DNA of 63,935 bases, counting the filler, from Octopus bimaculoides (Eukaryota): assembly GCF_001194135.2 (NCBI RefSeq). It is 10 parts of 10 records of this genome, joined end to end, with 100 filler letters (N's around TTAATTAATTAA, not from the genome) between each part and the next. Parts side by side here need not be neighbours in the genome. Positions count along the whole stretch, not along the records: positions 1 to 3,763 come from NC_069006.1; positions 3,864 to 13,934 come from NC_068983.1; 8 more parts are not named here. The stretch is one strand, 5' to 3'. A program made the translations under genes and the position numbers. The notes under the pieces were generated by a model. It did not search any database, was not told the DNA's origin, and was given only the letters and a program-made list of their open reading frames with translations. Shown in pieces: positions 1 through 11,478 of the stretch. Every line of letters starts with the position of its first letter. The first letter of the stretch is position 1.

Positions 1-7
1 ATCTTAC

Positions 8-357
8 GTGGAGACGCAATGGCCCAGTGGTTAGGGCAGCGGACTCGCGGTCGTAGGATCGCGGTTTCGATTCCCAGACCGGGCGTTATGAGTGTTTATT
101 GAGCAAAAACACCTAAATCTCCACGAGGCTCTGGCAGAGGATGGTGGCGAACCTTTCCGTACTCTCTCACCACAAATTTCTCTCACTGTTTCTGTTGTAC
201 CTGTATTTTCAAGGGCCAGCTTTGTCACACACTGTGCCTCGCTGAATCTCCCCGAGAAGTACGTTAAGAGTACACGTGTCTGTGGAGTGCTCAGCCACTT
301 GCATGTTAATTTTATGAGCAGGCTGTTCCGTCGTCGTAAACGACGGAGTGCCACGAC
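8..357 (+). mobile_element. tRNA-derived SINE, family C, near full length
   Basis: Pol III A box TGGCCCAGTGG (20-30) and B box GGTTTCGATTCC (63-74). The body matches the reverse complement of 30964-31354. Confidence 0.9.
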
Positions 358-769
358 TTATCTTACATTTAAAATGGGTGCTGTTTTAGAGCTCAATATT
401 GCGTTATGTTCCTGCAGCCGTAGCGGACGGTTCTCTCGCCCGCCAGTGATAGAAATACGAGTGCTTTTAAGCTCTACAAATCCATATGAGCGGTCCTCTC
501 ATGGTAAATAGCGCAGCATTTTGTGCTCTAACACAACTTCCACTTTTTAAGTGGGGTTAAATATTACCTTTTGTTATTAATTTTGCTTCTGTAGCTATTC
601 ATTATTCTTCAAAAATATATTAAAAACAAAATGAAACCGCAGTAACAGAACTTTTCAATTTAGATTGATGACCTTCGATTAGTTAAAAACTGAATGAGAA
701 ACTCCGTGAACATCCGAAGACAGTTCCTAGTCGATAAATGCCACAGAAGTTTCTTTTCAAGAAGATATG

Positions 770-1139
770 GAGTCGTTCTAGGGGAAAACCTGGAGTTACC
801 AGAAAGAGTTTAAAAAGGATACAGTATGGTTAGAAGGACTCAGAAAGAAGTATTGTGTCTGTAATAAACCACATATATCAGTGTGTGGTATCCTTGAGAT
901 TATGGTAGGAAAATTTCAGGTTGAGAAAATACCAGGAAGTGATTTGACACGCAGTGATAGGGAAAAATTGAGCTTGTATCAGGGTAAATTAGTGATTTGA
1001 TTAGTAGGCTTTCAATGAAGATGTTGATACATCGAGCTGTTTGACTTAAACAAACACAAGACTGATACCAAAAATCAAAGTCTTTGACGTGGTGAAAAAC
1101 TATTGGCTAATTGCATGTAAAAATCTATTGTATATATAA
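770..1139 (+). mobile_element. Decayed R4/Dong-like non-LTR retrotransposon, N-terminal RT region
   Basis: Manual translation gives ESF*GKTWSYQKEFKKDTVWLEGLRKKYC...KIPGSDL. After a frameshift it gives TRLIPKIKVFDVVKNYWLIACKNLLYI (1056-1139), matching the non-LTR RT motifs K.PG.D and T.LIPK...NYRPI.C.N..YK. Confidence 0.75.
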
Positions 1140-1448
1140 AACATAATGTATTTAATTATACATAAAATATATACAGTCTGTCTGAATCTATCACTCCAGA
1201 CAGAACGACTATGACACTAAAAATATCATTACGGTCGAATATAGAAAATCACAAAACTGCAGCAATCGTCTGCTGAAAGCTTCTTATATAGACATAGAGT
1301 GTTAAAATACAGCGAAGTATATCGGTAACAGACGGAGAGCGTCCAGTAGTGGAATTGTGAAACGATGATTTTTGTATTTTAGCTCAACATTAAAAAGTTT
1401 TGTGGGCGAAGGGCATGTCCTCTCTCTCTCTCTCTCTCTCTCTCTGTG

Positions 1449-1516
<68 letters not shown>

Positions 1517-1957
1517 NNNNNNNNNNNNNNNNNNNNNNNNNNNNNNNNNNNNNNNNNNNNNNNNNNNNNNNNNNNNNNNNNNNNNNNNNNNNNNNNNNNN
1601 NNNNNNNNNNNNNNNNNNNNNNNNNNNNNNNNNNNNNNNNNNNNNNNNNNNNNNNNNNNNNNNNNNNNNNNNNNNNNNNNNNNNNNNNNNNNNNNNNNNN
1701 NNNNNNNNNNNNNNNNNNNNNNNNNNNNNNNNNNNNNNNNNNNNNNNNNNNNNNNNNNNNNNNNNNNNNNNNNNNNNNNNNNNNNNNNNNNNNNNNNNNN
1801 NNNNNNNNNNNNNNNNNNNNNNNNNNNNNNNNNNNNNNNNNNNNNNNNNNNNNNNNNNNNNNNNNNNNNNNNNNNNNNNNNNNNNNNNNNNNNNNNNNNN
1901 NNNNNNNNNNNNNNNNNNNNNNNNNNNNNNNNNNNNNNNNNNNNNNNNNNNNNNNNN

Positions 1958-1993
<36 letters not shown>

Positions 1994-2254
1994 CCATGCA
2001 CACATATAACTGACATCTGCTCACTTGTTTCTAACCAGTAAACATTTATGCCCAAGGCCACGAACGACCCTAAACCTATGCCAGAAAACAATTGGTGAAG
2101 ATGCTGCACAAAGAGTAGGAACATTGGACCAGGTGATCGTGAAACGAATTTCTTGACCACACAGCCAGTCTACCTCAGTTACAGTTTGTGTGTACACACA
2201 TACACACACACGACACGCGCGCAGACACACATACACATACATACATATAAGCAG

Positions 2255-2640
2255 AGGTTTGGCTGTGGGGTAAGAAGCTTACTTACCAACCATGTCATTT
2301 TGGGTTCAGTCCCACGGCGTGGCTCCTTGTACAAGTGTCTTCTACTTTAATCTTGGGCCGACCAAAGCCTTGTCAGTGGATTTGGTCGACGGAAACAAAT
2401 TGAAAGAAACCCATCGTCTATATATGTTTATAAGTTTCTGTGTTTGTCCACCACCACCAACATCTGACAACCGGTGCTGGTTTGTTTATGTCCCCGTATC
2501 TTAGCGGTTCGGTAAGATGATTCCAAAAGAATAAGTACCAGGCTTAGAAAAATATCTGGGGTTGATTTGTTCAGCTATACCCTTCAAGGCAGTGTCCCAG
2601 GATAGCTGCAGTCCACTGACTGAAACAAGTAAACGAGTAA
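2255..2640 (+). mobile_element. tRNA-derived SINE, family A (bipartite, central microsatellite)
   Basis: Head GGCTGTGGGGTAAGAAGCTT, GTGGATTTGGTCGACGGAAAC, then the 3' half GACAACCGGTGCTGG...GACTGAAACAAGTAAA shared with other copies in the window. Confidence 0.85.
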
Positions 2641-2653
2641 CAGAATAGGTGCT

Positions 2654-3430
2654 GGCGTGGGTGTGTTGCAAGAGGCTTGCTTCCCAACTACATGGTTCCG
2701 AGTTCAATACCAAAGCCTTATGAGTGGATTTGGTAGACGGAAACTGAAAGAAGCCCTTCGTATATATATATATATATATNNNNNNNNNNNNNNNNNNNNN
2801 NNNNNNNNNNNNNNNNNNNNNNNNNNNNNNNNNNNNNNNNNNNNNNNNNNNNNNNNNNNNNNNNNNNNNNNNNNNNNNNNNNNNNNNNNNNNNNNNNNNN
2901 NNNNNNNNNNNNNNNNNNNNNNNNNNNNNNNNNNNNNNNNNNNNNNNNNNNNNNNNNNNNNNNNNNNNNNNNNNNNNNNNNNNNNNNNNNNNNNNNNNNN
3001 NNNNNNNNNNNNNNNNNNNNNNNNNNNNNNNNNNNNNNNNNNNNNNNNNNNNNNNNNNNNNNNNNNNNNNNNNNNNNNNNNNNNNNNNNNNNNNNNNNNN
3101 NNNNNNNNNNNNNNNNNNNNNNNNNNNNNNNNNNNNNNNNNNNNNNNNNNNNNNNNNNNNNNNNNNNNNNNNNNNNNNNNNNNNNNNNNNNNNNNNNNNN
3201 NNNNNNNNNNNNNNNNNNNNNNNNNNNNNNNNNNNNNNNNNNNNNNNNNNNNNNNNNNNNNNNNNNNNNNNNNNNNNNNNNNNNNNNNNNNNNNNNNNNN
3301 NNNNNCGGCAAAAGTGGGCGATAGAATAAGTATCAGGTTTAAAAAAGTACTGTGGTCGATTCATTTGACTAAAATTATTCAAGGCAGTGCTCCAGCATGG
3401 CCGCAGTCTCTTGACTGGAACAAGTAAAAG
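2654..3430 (+). mobile_element. SINE family A, split by an assembly gap inside its central (TA)n
   Basis: The 5' half ends GGAAACTGAAAGAAGCCC-(TA)n. After the gap, the 3' half GGCAAAAG...CAGCATGGCCGCAGTC...CAAGTAAAAG follows. Confidence 0.8.
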
Positions 3431-3487
3431 GTAACAGATAAAAGATATACACAGGCATATTCACGTGTGTACACACACAGACACACG

Positions 3488-3528
<41 letters not shown>

Positions 3529-3763
3529 CTGTAGTGTTGAACTGGTTTCAGCCTAGTGACTGCGCCACAGATATTTGTGTGGAGGTATGTAACGAGTTTA
3601 TTGAAATAATGTTCCTTAAAAGTTTTGTTGCTCTCGACACACATCGCTACTTTAACACACACAAACACTAACACACACACACACACACATCAATCTCTCT
3701 CTCTTTCTCTCTATTTCTCTCTCTCTCTCTTTCTCTCTCTTTCTTTCTCTCTCTCTCTCTCTT

Positions 3764-3863
3764 NNNNNNNNNNNNNNNNNNNNNNNNNNNNNNNNNNNNN
3801 NNNNNNNTTAATTAATTAANNNNNNNNNNNNNNNNNNNNNNNNNNNNNNNNNNNNNNNNNNNN
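3764..3863. other. Assembly spacer 44N-TTAATTAATTAA-44N (technical)
   Basis: The identical 100-bp construct occurs nine times, with the 12-mer at 3808, 13979, 17780, 26241, 44618, 46984, 52604, 59819 and 62643. The 12-mer places stops in all six frames. Confidence 0.97.
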
Positions 3864-4010
3864 ATTCAACGTATAGGTGTGACCTCTGCAATCGAGACTG
3901 CCACTCTCGCATCGGTCTCTACGGCCACAGGAGGCGTTGCAAAAACTGAATAGACAACTCAAGGGACTGATGAAATCATCCATGGTCAGCCATGACCGAC
4001 GGAGGCTTAA
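3864..4010 (+). mobile_element. RTE-clade LINE 3' end (C-terminal zinc finger and 3' UTR)
   Basis: Translation TYRCDLCNRDCHSRIGLYGHRRRCKN* matches the RTE C-terminal CxxC...SRIGL.SH...C motif. A short UTR (ATCCATGGTC...GACCGACGGAGGC) and an (AT)n tail follow. Confidence 0.85.
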
Positions 4011-4027
4011 GATATATATATATATAT

Positions 4028-4235
4028 ACTCTTTTACTCTTTTACATGTTTCAATCATTTGACTGTGGCCATGCTGGAGCACCGCCTTTAGTCGAGCAAA
4101 TCTACCCCTGGATTATTCTTAGTAAGCCTAGTACTTATTCTATCAGTCTCTTTTGCTGAACTATTAAGTTACTGGGATGTAAACACACCAGCATAGGTTG
4201 TGAAGCGATGCTGGGGGACAAACACAGACACACAA
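4028..4235 (-). mobile_element. SINE family A, 3' half
   Basis: Reverse complement of the family A tail (CTTTTACTCTTTTAC...GGCCATGCTGGAGCACCGCCTTTAGTCGAG). Confidence 0.85.
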
Positions 4236-4283
4236 ACATATACATACACACATACATACACACTCATATATATACATACATAC

Positions 4284-4732
4284 GAGTTCGCGAAGGCATT
4301 TGACAAGGTCGACCATAGAATGGTATGCCACAAATGATATGCCACCTAGAATGATATGCCACAAAATACGGGCACTCGGCATCACCGGTAAAGTCGGAGA
4401 GTGGCTGCATGACTTTCTAAAGGACAGGAGCCAAACTGTAGCAGCCAACGGAGCTCTCTCCACAGAGACACCAATAGTGAGTGGAGTGCTCCAGGGCACT
4501 GTGCTGGGGCCATTACTTTTCGGATATGCCATCAGTGACAGAGGCAGCCATGCTTACCAGCTATGCCGACAGCACAAAAGTCGCACAGTCATTCAAGGAA
4601 ACTTCTGATGCTACGCTCTTGCAGAAAGATCTAGATGCCATCGATACATGGGCTGAGGATAACAGCATGCAATTTAATGCAAGTAAATTCCAGGCCCTCT
4701 GCTACCAGTTAAGCACTGCTCAAGAATCATGA
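4284..4732 (+). mobile_element. CR1/L2-like LINE reverse transcriptase fragment (pseudogenised)
   Basis: FAKAFDKVDH; GITGKVGEWLHDFLKDRSQTV; SGVLQGTVLGPLLF; YADSTK (degenerate YADD); LQKDLDAIDTWAEDNSMQFNASK. It is frameshifted and carries an internal ATGATATGCCAC duplication. Confidence 0.9.
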
Positions 4733-5168
4733 CATTAGTATGTTGGACTACGTGGAGCAACGATCTTGTTTACTCTTTGTGGGTTCGAGGTCACAACGAC
4801 TTCGAACCCACAAGAGTAATCAAAAAAGAGACAGAGACAGGCAAAAACAAGGAAAATGCCCCTTGTATTTGAATACTATGCAAATATTCTTTTTAAAAAC
4901 TTTTCTTTTAATTTTTCCAAAATTTAATTGTTTTCCATACTTACAGNNNNNNNNNNNNNNNNNNNNNNNNNNNNNNNNNNNNNNNNNNNNNNNNNNNNNN
5001 NNNNNNNNNNNNNNNNNNNNNNNNNNNNNNNNNNNNNNNNNNNNNNNNNNNNNNNNNNNNNNNNNNNNNNNNNNNNNNNNNNNNNNNNNNNNNNNNNNNN
5101 NNNNNNNNNNNNNNNNNNNNNNNNNNNNNNNNNNNNNNNNNNNNNNNNNNNNNNNNNNNNNNNNNNNN

Positions 5169-5213
<45 letters not shown>

Positions 5214-5921
5214 TCCCACATAGAAGCACATAAAAAATAACGTCTTGTATTCATTCTTCAGACAAAACAAACGCTTTATTAACTTTTAGTGTTCTAACAA
5301 TACAATAAATAATACAAAGACTACCACATATGTATGTGTGTGTGTGTGTGAGAGAGAGTGTGTGTGTGTGTGCGCGCGTGCGTGTATGTGTGCTTGTAAA
5401 TATATACATATATTCATATACCTACATACACAAACACATACAGACACACACACGTAGATACAGAAGTACATATGGAAAAACTATTTTCGTCTAAACAGAT
5501 ATTCAAACAGCCTGTTTAGAACAGTAGAGATCCTATGCGAGGGCCTTGGCTGTTCAAAACAAAATCTAAAGAACACATTAGGAAATATGAAAAAAAATAA
5601 TATTTAAAATAAAATAATATTTAAAATAAAAGAAAAACAAAGAAGAAACAAAAGGACGCAGTCACGTGTTTAATACAACACAGTTGCGAACGCGTATGTG
5701 TGTGTGCACGGGTGTGCGTACATACGTATATAGATAAACACGCAAACGTACAGACACTTGTTAGGTTGATGATGGAGTACACAAAGGACCGCTTTGTTTG
5801 CCGATGATACAAATGTACATACACATATGCATTATATATACATATACATACATACGTACATATGTATATATACACATATATACATACATATATATACATA
5901 TATACACATATACATACATGA

Positions 5922-5978
<57 letters not shown>

Positions 5979-6564
5979 CGTACACATATATATGTATAGA
6001 TATGTATATACATATATATGTATATATACATGTATATATATATATGTATGTATGTGTATGTGTATATATATATATATGTAAATATATATGTAGGTATATA
6101 TATATGTATGTATACATATATATACATATACATATATATACATATATATACATGGGTTAAAATATAAATATGTGTGCATCTATTGTGTGTGTGTGTGTGT
6201 GTTTACATGTTTATGTACACATGTCTTTTTTATATTCTACACGTGTGCGCGCGCACATGCACACTCACACATGCACACTCACACATGCACACACATATAC
6301 ATACACCAGTTTGGCAAAGTTCTAGATTGCTAATGTCTTAAGTGGTATCAACAGTAGCAGCAGCAGCAGAAGCAGAAGAAGAAGAAGAAGAAGAAGAAGA
6401 AGAAGAAGAAAAAGCACGATTGTCTTCCAACCTTGTACCACGTACAACTTGAATATAATACATTTAAGTATAGATTCAGGTCAGGCTTTATTAGAAACAT
6501 CTGTTAAAGACTAATATCGTGACACACACACACACACACACACATGTATATATGTATATAGGCA

Positions 6565-6714
6565 CAAACGTGGCTGTGTGGTAAGAAGCTTGGTTCGCAA
6601 CCGCATGGTTCCGGGTTGAGTCTCACTGCGCGGCACCTTACGCAAGTGTCTTCTACTGTAGTTTCGGGCTGCCCAAAACCTTGTGAGTGGATTTGGTAGA
6701 CGGAAACTGAAAGA
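6565..6714 (+). mobile_element. SINE family A, 5' half (runs into gap)
   Basis: GTGGCTGTGTGGTAAGAAGCTT...CAAGTGTCTTCTACT...GTGAGTGGATTTGGTAGACGGAAACTGAAAGA. Confidence 0.85.
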
Positions 6715-6873
6715 NNNNNNNNNNNNNNNNNNNNNNNNNNNNNNNNNNNNNNNNNNNNNNNNNNNNNNNNNNNNNNNNNNNNNNNNNNNNNNNNNNNNNN
6801 NNNNNNNNNNNNNNNNNNNNNNNNNNNNNNNNNNNNNNNNNNNNNNNNNNNNNNNNNNNNNNNNNNTGTGTGA

Positions 6874-7134
6874 ACAAGGTGTTCAAAACGTCTCTCCGCA
6901 GTTGAATTTTCATCCTGACTCCCCAACACTCAGAATCTCCAAGATGTATTTCAAAACATGTGAAGAAGAGTCAACTTGTGTATTGAAAATGAAGGACGAC
7001 ACTTTCAACATCTCTTATAAAGTTTTTTAAAGTCATGTAAAGTCTAATATATTCTTTTGTAGTCTTATATCATCTTATAAATATTTATTTTGCAATAAAA
7101 TTCTTACTGCGGAGAGACTTTTTGAACAGCCTGT
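6874..7134. mobile_element. Tc1/mariner-type MITE, copy 1 of a tandem pair
   Basis: Terminal inverted repeats of about 29 bp: ACAAGGTGTTCAAAACGTCTCTCCGCAGT at the left, and the reverse complement of the right end reads ACAGGCTGTTCAAAAAGTCTCTCCGCAGT. The interior is AT-rich and non-coding. Confidence 0.75.
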
Positions 7135-7160
7135 GGATGTGCGTGTGTCTGTGTGTGTGA

Positions 7161-7398
7161 ACAAGGTGTTCAAAACGTCTCTCCGCAGTTGAATTTTCAT
7201 CCTGACTCCCCAACACTCAGAATCTCCAAGATGTATTTCAAAACATGTGAAGAAGAGTCAACTTGTGTATTGAAAATGAAGGACGACACTTTCAACACCT
7301 CTTATAAAGTTTTTTAAAGTCTTGTAAAGTCTAATATATTCTTTTGTAGTGTTATATCTTATAAATATTTATTTGGCAATACAATACTGCGGAGAGAC
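7161..7398. mobile_element. Same MITE, copy 2 (right TIR truncated)
   Basis: Direct repeat of 6874-7134 at 287 bp offset, with a few substitutions and indels. It ends ACTGCGGAGAGAC. Confidence 0.75.
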
Positions 7399-7820
7399 AT
7401 TAAACTGATTATTCAATACTTTTTTAAAGTTTGACCGAGAAAAGATTGCCAGTGACGCACGCACACACACACACGCACACACACACCACACACACACTCA
7501 CGCACATTCATACATGTATATCTACATTTCTTCATACGTACATATATAAGTATAGTTCTAAAACTAGTTCTAAAATCCCTTAACACATACCACACACCTC
7601 ATCCCCTCAGGGGCACCACATTAATAACACACACTTTCTCTACTTCAGGATGACTCTTGCCGGCTTCACAGCATACCGGATCAAGCGACATAACTCCTAA
7701 ACTAATCTCCAGAACACTTTTCTTTCCACCACCTTTCTCACAGCAACCGTTGACCGATTGTGCTAATCCTCCTCCGACAATAGCGAGTAGTTGCCATATT
7801 CCCTTCCATATCGGCTAACT

Positions 7821-7894
7821 CTGATGAGCATAAAGTTATATAATCGGTTTGTTACCTAACATTCAACTGTATTCTTTACGCGAAACCATGATGG
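7821..7894 (+). ncRNA. Degenerate hammerhead-ribozyme-like motif
   Basis: CTGATGA (7821-7827), stem II GCATAAAG/CTTTACGC (7 of 8 pairs), GAAA (7882-7885), palindromic CCATGATGG. The U16.1 position and stem I are not satisfied. Confidence 0.4.
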
Positions 7895-7919
7895 ATTTTT
7901 AATGCTATAAGTTTCGCAT

Positions 7920-7950
<31 letters not shown>

Positions 7951-8254
7951 GTTAGATAAGGCCGGCTTATGGGATTATCTTAGGTTTCATGTCTATGAAG
8001 GGCCTGGCTTTATGGCGTATCGTTAGATCTCAAAACCTGTTGGCTAAAGGCCTATCTAGTGACTGGCCTCTTTAGAATATGGAGGAGGAAGTGAGCTCGT
8101 TTCAAAAAGAGGATTGTTCCCTCTTGACTATCGATCATCGACGTCAATAAAGGAGGTTGTGTCCCTTTGACTATCGATTGCCGGTGGCCCTGCTATCACG
8201 TGGGTTCCAATAGAATGTTCCCTGGGTCGAGGGAGTCCTTTGGGATCCTCTCCC

Positions 8255-8480
8255 ATTCCGCTATGCATAATTTACAGCGGTTGGTCCCGTTAATATAGGG
8301 ATCTGGATTCTCTAGGATTCTCCATGATATTGTGTATGGAATCCCGTCATCTATTAGCTGCCATACGTGATTGGTTAATGATGTGACGAATGTCCTTTAC
8401 GGTATCTTGAAGGAAGATCTGTAGTTGGAGCGGCGTTGTTTGGACGAATTCCCGGAACAGCCGATGTATCTCTGTGGTCG
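8255..8480 (-). mobile_element. Penelope-like element GIY-YIG endonuclease fragment
   Basis: Single-frame translation RYIGCSGNSSKQRRSNYRSSFKIP*RTFVTSLTNHVWQLIDDGIPYTISWRILENPDPYINGTNRCKLCIAE. This matches the PLE pattern YIG...F..R...H..SF...T.LS..IW.LK....I.W.I.....Y......C.LC..E, with one in-frame stop at 8397-8399. Confidence 0.85.
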
Positions 8481-8960
8481 GGTGTTGTCGGTGGTGTGTT
8501 TGTTGGTGTTGGCATCGCTGCCGCCGCTGTTACCGGGACTGGCACTGTTGGTACTGGCGTTGCTGGTGCTGGGGGTGTTGGTGTTGGCGTTATTGGAGGT
8601 GACGATGATGTTGGTGCCGCGACTGCAGGAGCTAGTAAAGGTTTCGTTGTTGTTATTATGGCTACCGCCATTGATGGAAACACTGTCATTGCTGTTGTAG
8701 ATGTCATTGGCGACATCTCTGCTATTTCCTTTAGAGATACTGCCGTTGCTGTCGTAGCTTTTATTGATGTTATTGCCGCTGTTGCTATTGTAACTGTCGG
8801 ACCTGCTGCTGTAGACGGAGCCGTTAGGGAAGCTGCTGCTGATGCTGCTGTTGTAGTTAGTATTACTGCTATTGCGATTGTTGATGTTGTTGTCGCTGGC
8901 AATGGTGCTGTTTGCTCTGTTCACGTTTCTATTGCTGCTGCTATTGGTACTGGTGGACTT
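8480..8960. repeat. Degenerate trinucleotide low-complexity tract (GTT/GCT/ATT on +)
   Basis: Strong 3-nt periodicity. It is stop-poor, so ORFs appear in several frames on both strands. Confidence 0.8.
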
Positions 8961-8991
8961 TTAATACTATACATTTCGGATAATATATATG

Positions 8992-9002
<11 letters not shown>

Positions 9003-9080
<78 letters not shown>
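9003..9080. repeat. (GT)n microsatellite
   Basis: Perfect dinucleotide array. Confidence 0.98.
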
Positions 9081-9083
<3 letters not shown>

Positions 9084-9115
9084 CGTAAAAGGGTGGGAAA
9101 ATTCAGACTCATTGT

Positions 9116-9318
9116 TTAATCCTTTTGTTACTATATTTCCGTCGAAATACACTGTCTTTGTTTCAATTAATTTTGAAAATGATGAAGAATTCGGTAAAAA
9201 CATCTTTGCCATCATTAAGCTGGTATTTGGAACGCAAATTGACATGGAATTTTGATGGACGGTTTTAATTTAGACCACTTTAACCCCTTTGTTACCATAT
9301 TTCTACCGAAATATACAG
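9116..9318. mobile_element. piggyBac-type MITE fragment with two tandem left ends
   Basis: TTAA-TCCTTTTGTTACTATATTTC at 9116 and TTAA-CCCCTTTGTTACCATATTTC at 9280. A TTAA-CCC terminus is typical of piggyBac. No right TIR was found. Confidence 0.5.
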
Positions 9319-10170
9319 TTAAAGAATATTGTTACTTAGAGAAATTATAAAATTACAAACACTATGAACCTCATTTATTTATGGCTCTGACAAAGGTGTG
9401 TACTTTTAGTTGATTCAAGTCAAACAATGACTTGCAGATTATATCTGTGTGTATTAGGTAGCTTCCAGTCTTTTTGATTTTTTACTACCGTTCTCATGAT
9501 CGAGACTGGCGGTTATTTCTAATAATATCAATGCTTAATAGTGTCGTCATGTTTCAAATATTAACTTTCTTCCAGTAAAAGTATGACCTAAGTCCAAATC
9601 GTGGGAAACAAAGTACCAAGATACAAGTCATGATAGGTACAATACTTAATCAACTGAAGAGAAAACTTCACAATAGCCAACACACACAATAGAATAACGC
9701 TATTGTTATATATTTGTTGTCACGTATGATGTTATATATTTAAACCAGTTATAACTATAACATTTTCCCACCGTATAAAATGATTTCCTACGTAGCAAAC
9801 AAAAAATGTAGGCGTTGAATCGACACAGTTGTTAGAGCGTTGTATTAAAGAAATTATTTTATTCGTTCCGATCCCACGCGCTCTGAGTTCAAATGCAGCA
9901 AAGTTTTTTTTTTTTAATTATGATTCATGAAATCGCCGAATGAGATAACTTGTGACATTTTCTTCGGCCGTTTTGTTACGAAATTTCCGTCGAAATAGTT
10001 CTCAGGTGGTTCATTTAATCTTTCAACCAATTTAACACCACCTCCTTTGGTTTTGGGGTGCTTTTAGTGGAGTTCAGTGTGTTGCAACCACTCAGGGTAT
10101 TTTGGTCTGAGGACAACTTCTTCCCTTCACTCTACTAAGATCCAGGGCCCCCGACTTCCAGACTAATTGG

Positions 10171-10206
<36 letters not shown>

Positions 10207-11071
10207 NNNNNNNNNNNNNNNNNNNNNNNNNNNNNNNNNNNNNNNNNNNNNNNNNNNNNNNNNNNNNNNNNNNNNNNNNNNNNNNNNNNNNNNNNNNNNN
10301 NNNNNNNNNNNNNNNNNNNNNNNNNNNNNNNNNNNNNNNNNNNNNNNNNNNNNNNNNNNNNNNNNNNNNNNNNNNNNNNNNNNNNNNNNNNNNNNNNNNN
10401 NNNNNNNNNNNNNNNNNNNNNNNNNNNNNNNNNNNNNNNNNNNNNNNNNNNNNNNNNNNNNNNNNNNNNNNNNNNNNNNNNNNNNNNNNNNNNNNNNNNN
10501 NNNNNNNNNNNNNNNNNNNNNNNNNNNNNNNNNNNNNNNNNNNNNNNNNNNNNNNNNNNNNNNNNNNNNNNNNNNNNNNNNNNNNNNNNNNNNNNNNNNN
10601 NNNNNNNNNNNNNNNNNNNNNNNNNNNNNNNNNNNNNNNNNNNNNNNNNNNNNNNNNNNNNNNNNNNNNNNNNNNNNNNNNNNNNNNNNNNNNNNNNNNN
10701 NNNNNNNNNNNNNNNNNNNNNNNNNNNNNNNNNNNNNNNNNNNNNNNNNNNNNNNNNNNNNNNNNNNNNNNNNNNNNNNNNNNNNNNNNNNNNNNNNNNN
10801 NNNNNNNNNNNNNNNNNNNNNNNNNNNNNNNNNNNNNNNNNNNNNNNNNNNNNNNNNNNNNNNNNNNNNNNNNNNNNNNNNNNNNNNNNNNNNNNNNNNN
10901 NNNNNNNNNNNNNNNNNNNNNNNNNNNNNNNNNNNNNNNNNNNNNNNNNNNNNNNNNNNNNNNNNNNNNNNNNNNNNNNNNNNNNNNNNNNNNNNNNNNN
11001 NNNNNNNNNNNNNNNNNNNNNAGAAGTCACTATCCACCTTTTCCTTGTAACATTTTGTAAGTATTCCAAAC

Positions 11072-11386
11072 CAGTGGCTCCCAAACTTTTTCAGGATGCC
11101 GCCTCCTTGACATCCTGGCCACATTCCTAGCGCTCCCACCCCCAATTAACCATCACAAGCATAGACCTCTTTCTGAAGCAAATTCAAAGCAACTGTATTT
11201 CACCAATAAAAATTAACCTAACAAACCCATTATTTTGTTGTTTTTGCATGAATCGGTACCCCATTATCGCCCCACTTTTACACGAATCGGTATCCCCTTA
11301 TCACCCCACTTTTCTTCAACGCCCCCTTCAAACTTATCAGCGCTTCTAGCGGGTTGGGGAAGTACCGGCCACTTCGGGAACCACTG
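11072..11386. mobile_element. hAT (Charlie-like) MITE
   Basis: TIRs CAGTGGCTCCC and GGGAACCACTG (10 of 11 complementary). The right flank CTCTAGAG fits the hAT NTCTAGAN target preference; the left flank TTCCAAAC has diverged. Confidence 0.7.
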
Positions 11387-11444
11387 CTCTAGAGAAATCT
11401 CTGTTTCATGTGAAACTGTTATGTAACGTCATCGAAAAGCAAAG

Positions 11445-11478
<34 letters not shown>

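Noticed and set aside
8-80. tRNA-like sequences with A and B boxes
   Set aside because: They are SINE heads continuous with repeat bodies. No complete cloverleaf is supported.
92-511. 139-aa ORF and the overlapping minus-strand ORF 31-354
   Set aside because: They lie mostly within a SINE, with no recognisable domain.
1372-2160. Long ORFs containing X runs (here and at every other gap)
   Set aside because: They are open only because N codons contain no stops.
3808-3819. Recurrent palindrome TTAATTAATTAA, nine copies
   Set aside because: It is always centred in exactly 44N + 44N, so it is an assembly spacer, not biology.
5621-6179. YI/HT/CV-repeat ORFs (also at 15-18 kb, 27 kb, 37 kb and 52 kb)
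   Set aside because: They are translations of (TA)n, (CA)n and related microsatellites.
8436-9119. 227-aa Val/Ala/Gly-rich plus-strand ORF and the Thr/Ala/Pro-rich frame 8375-8902
   Set aside because: These are shadow frames of a stop-poor trinucleotide tract that runs into (GT)n. The only recognisable domain is in the third, minus-strand frame.
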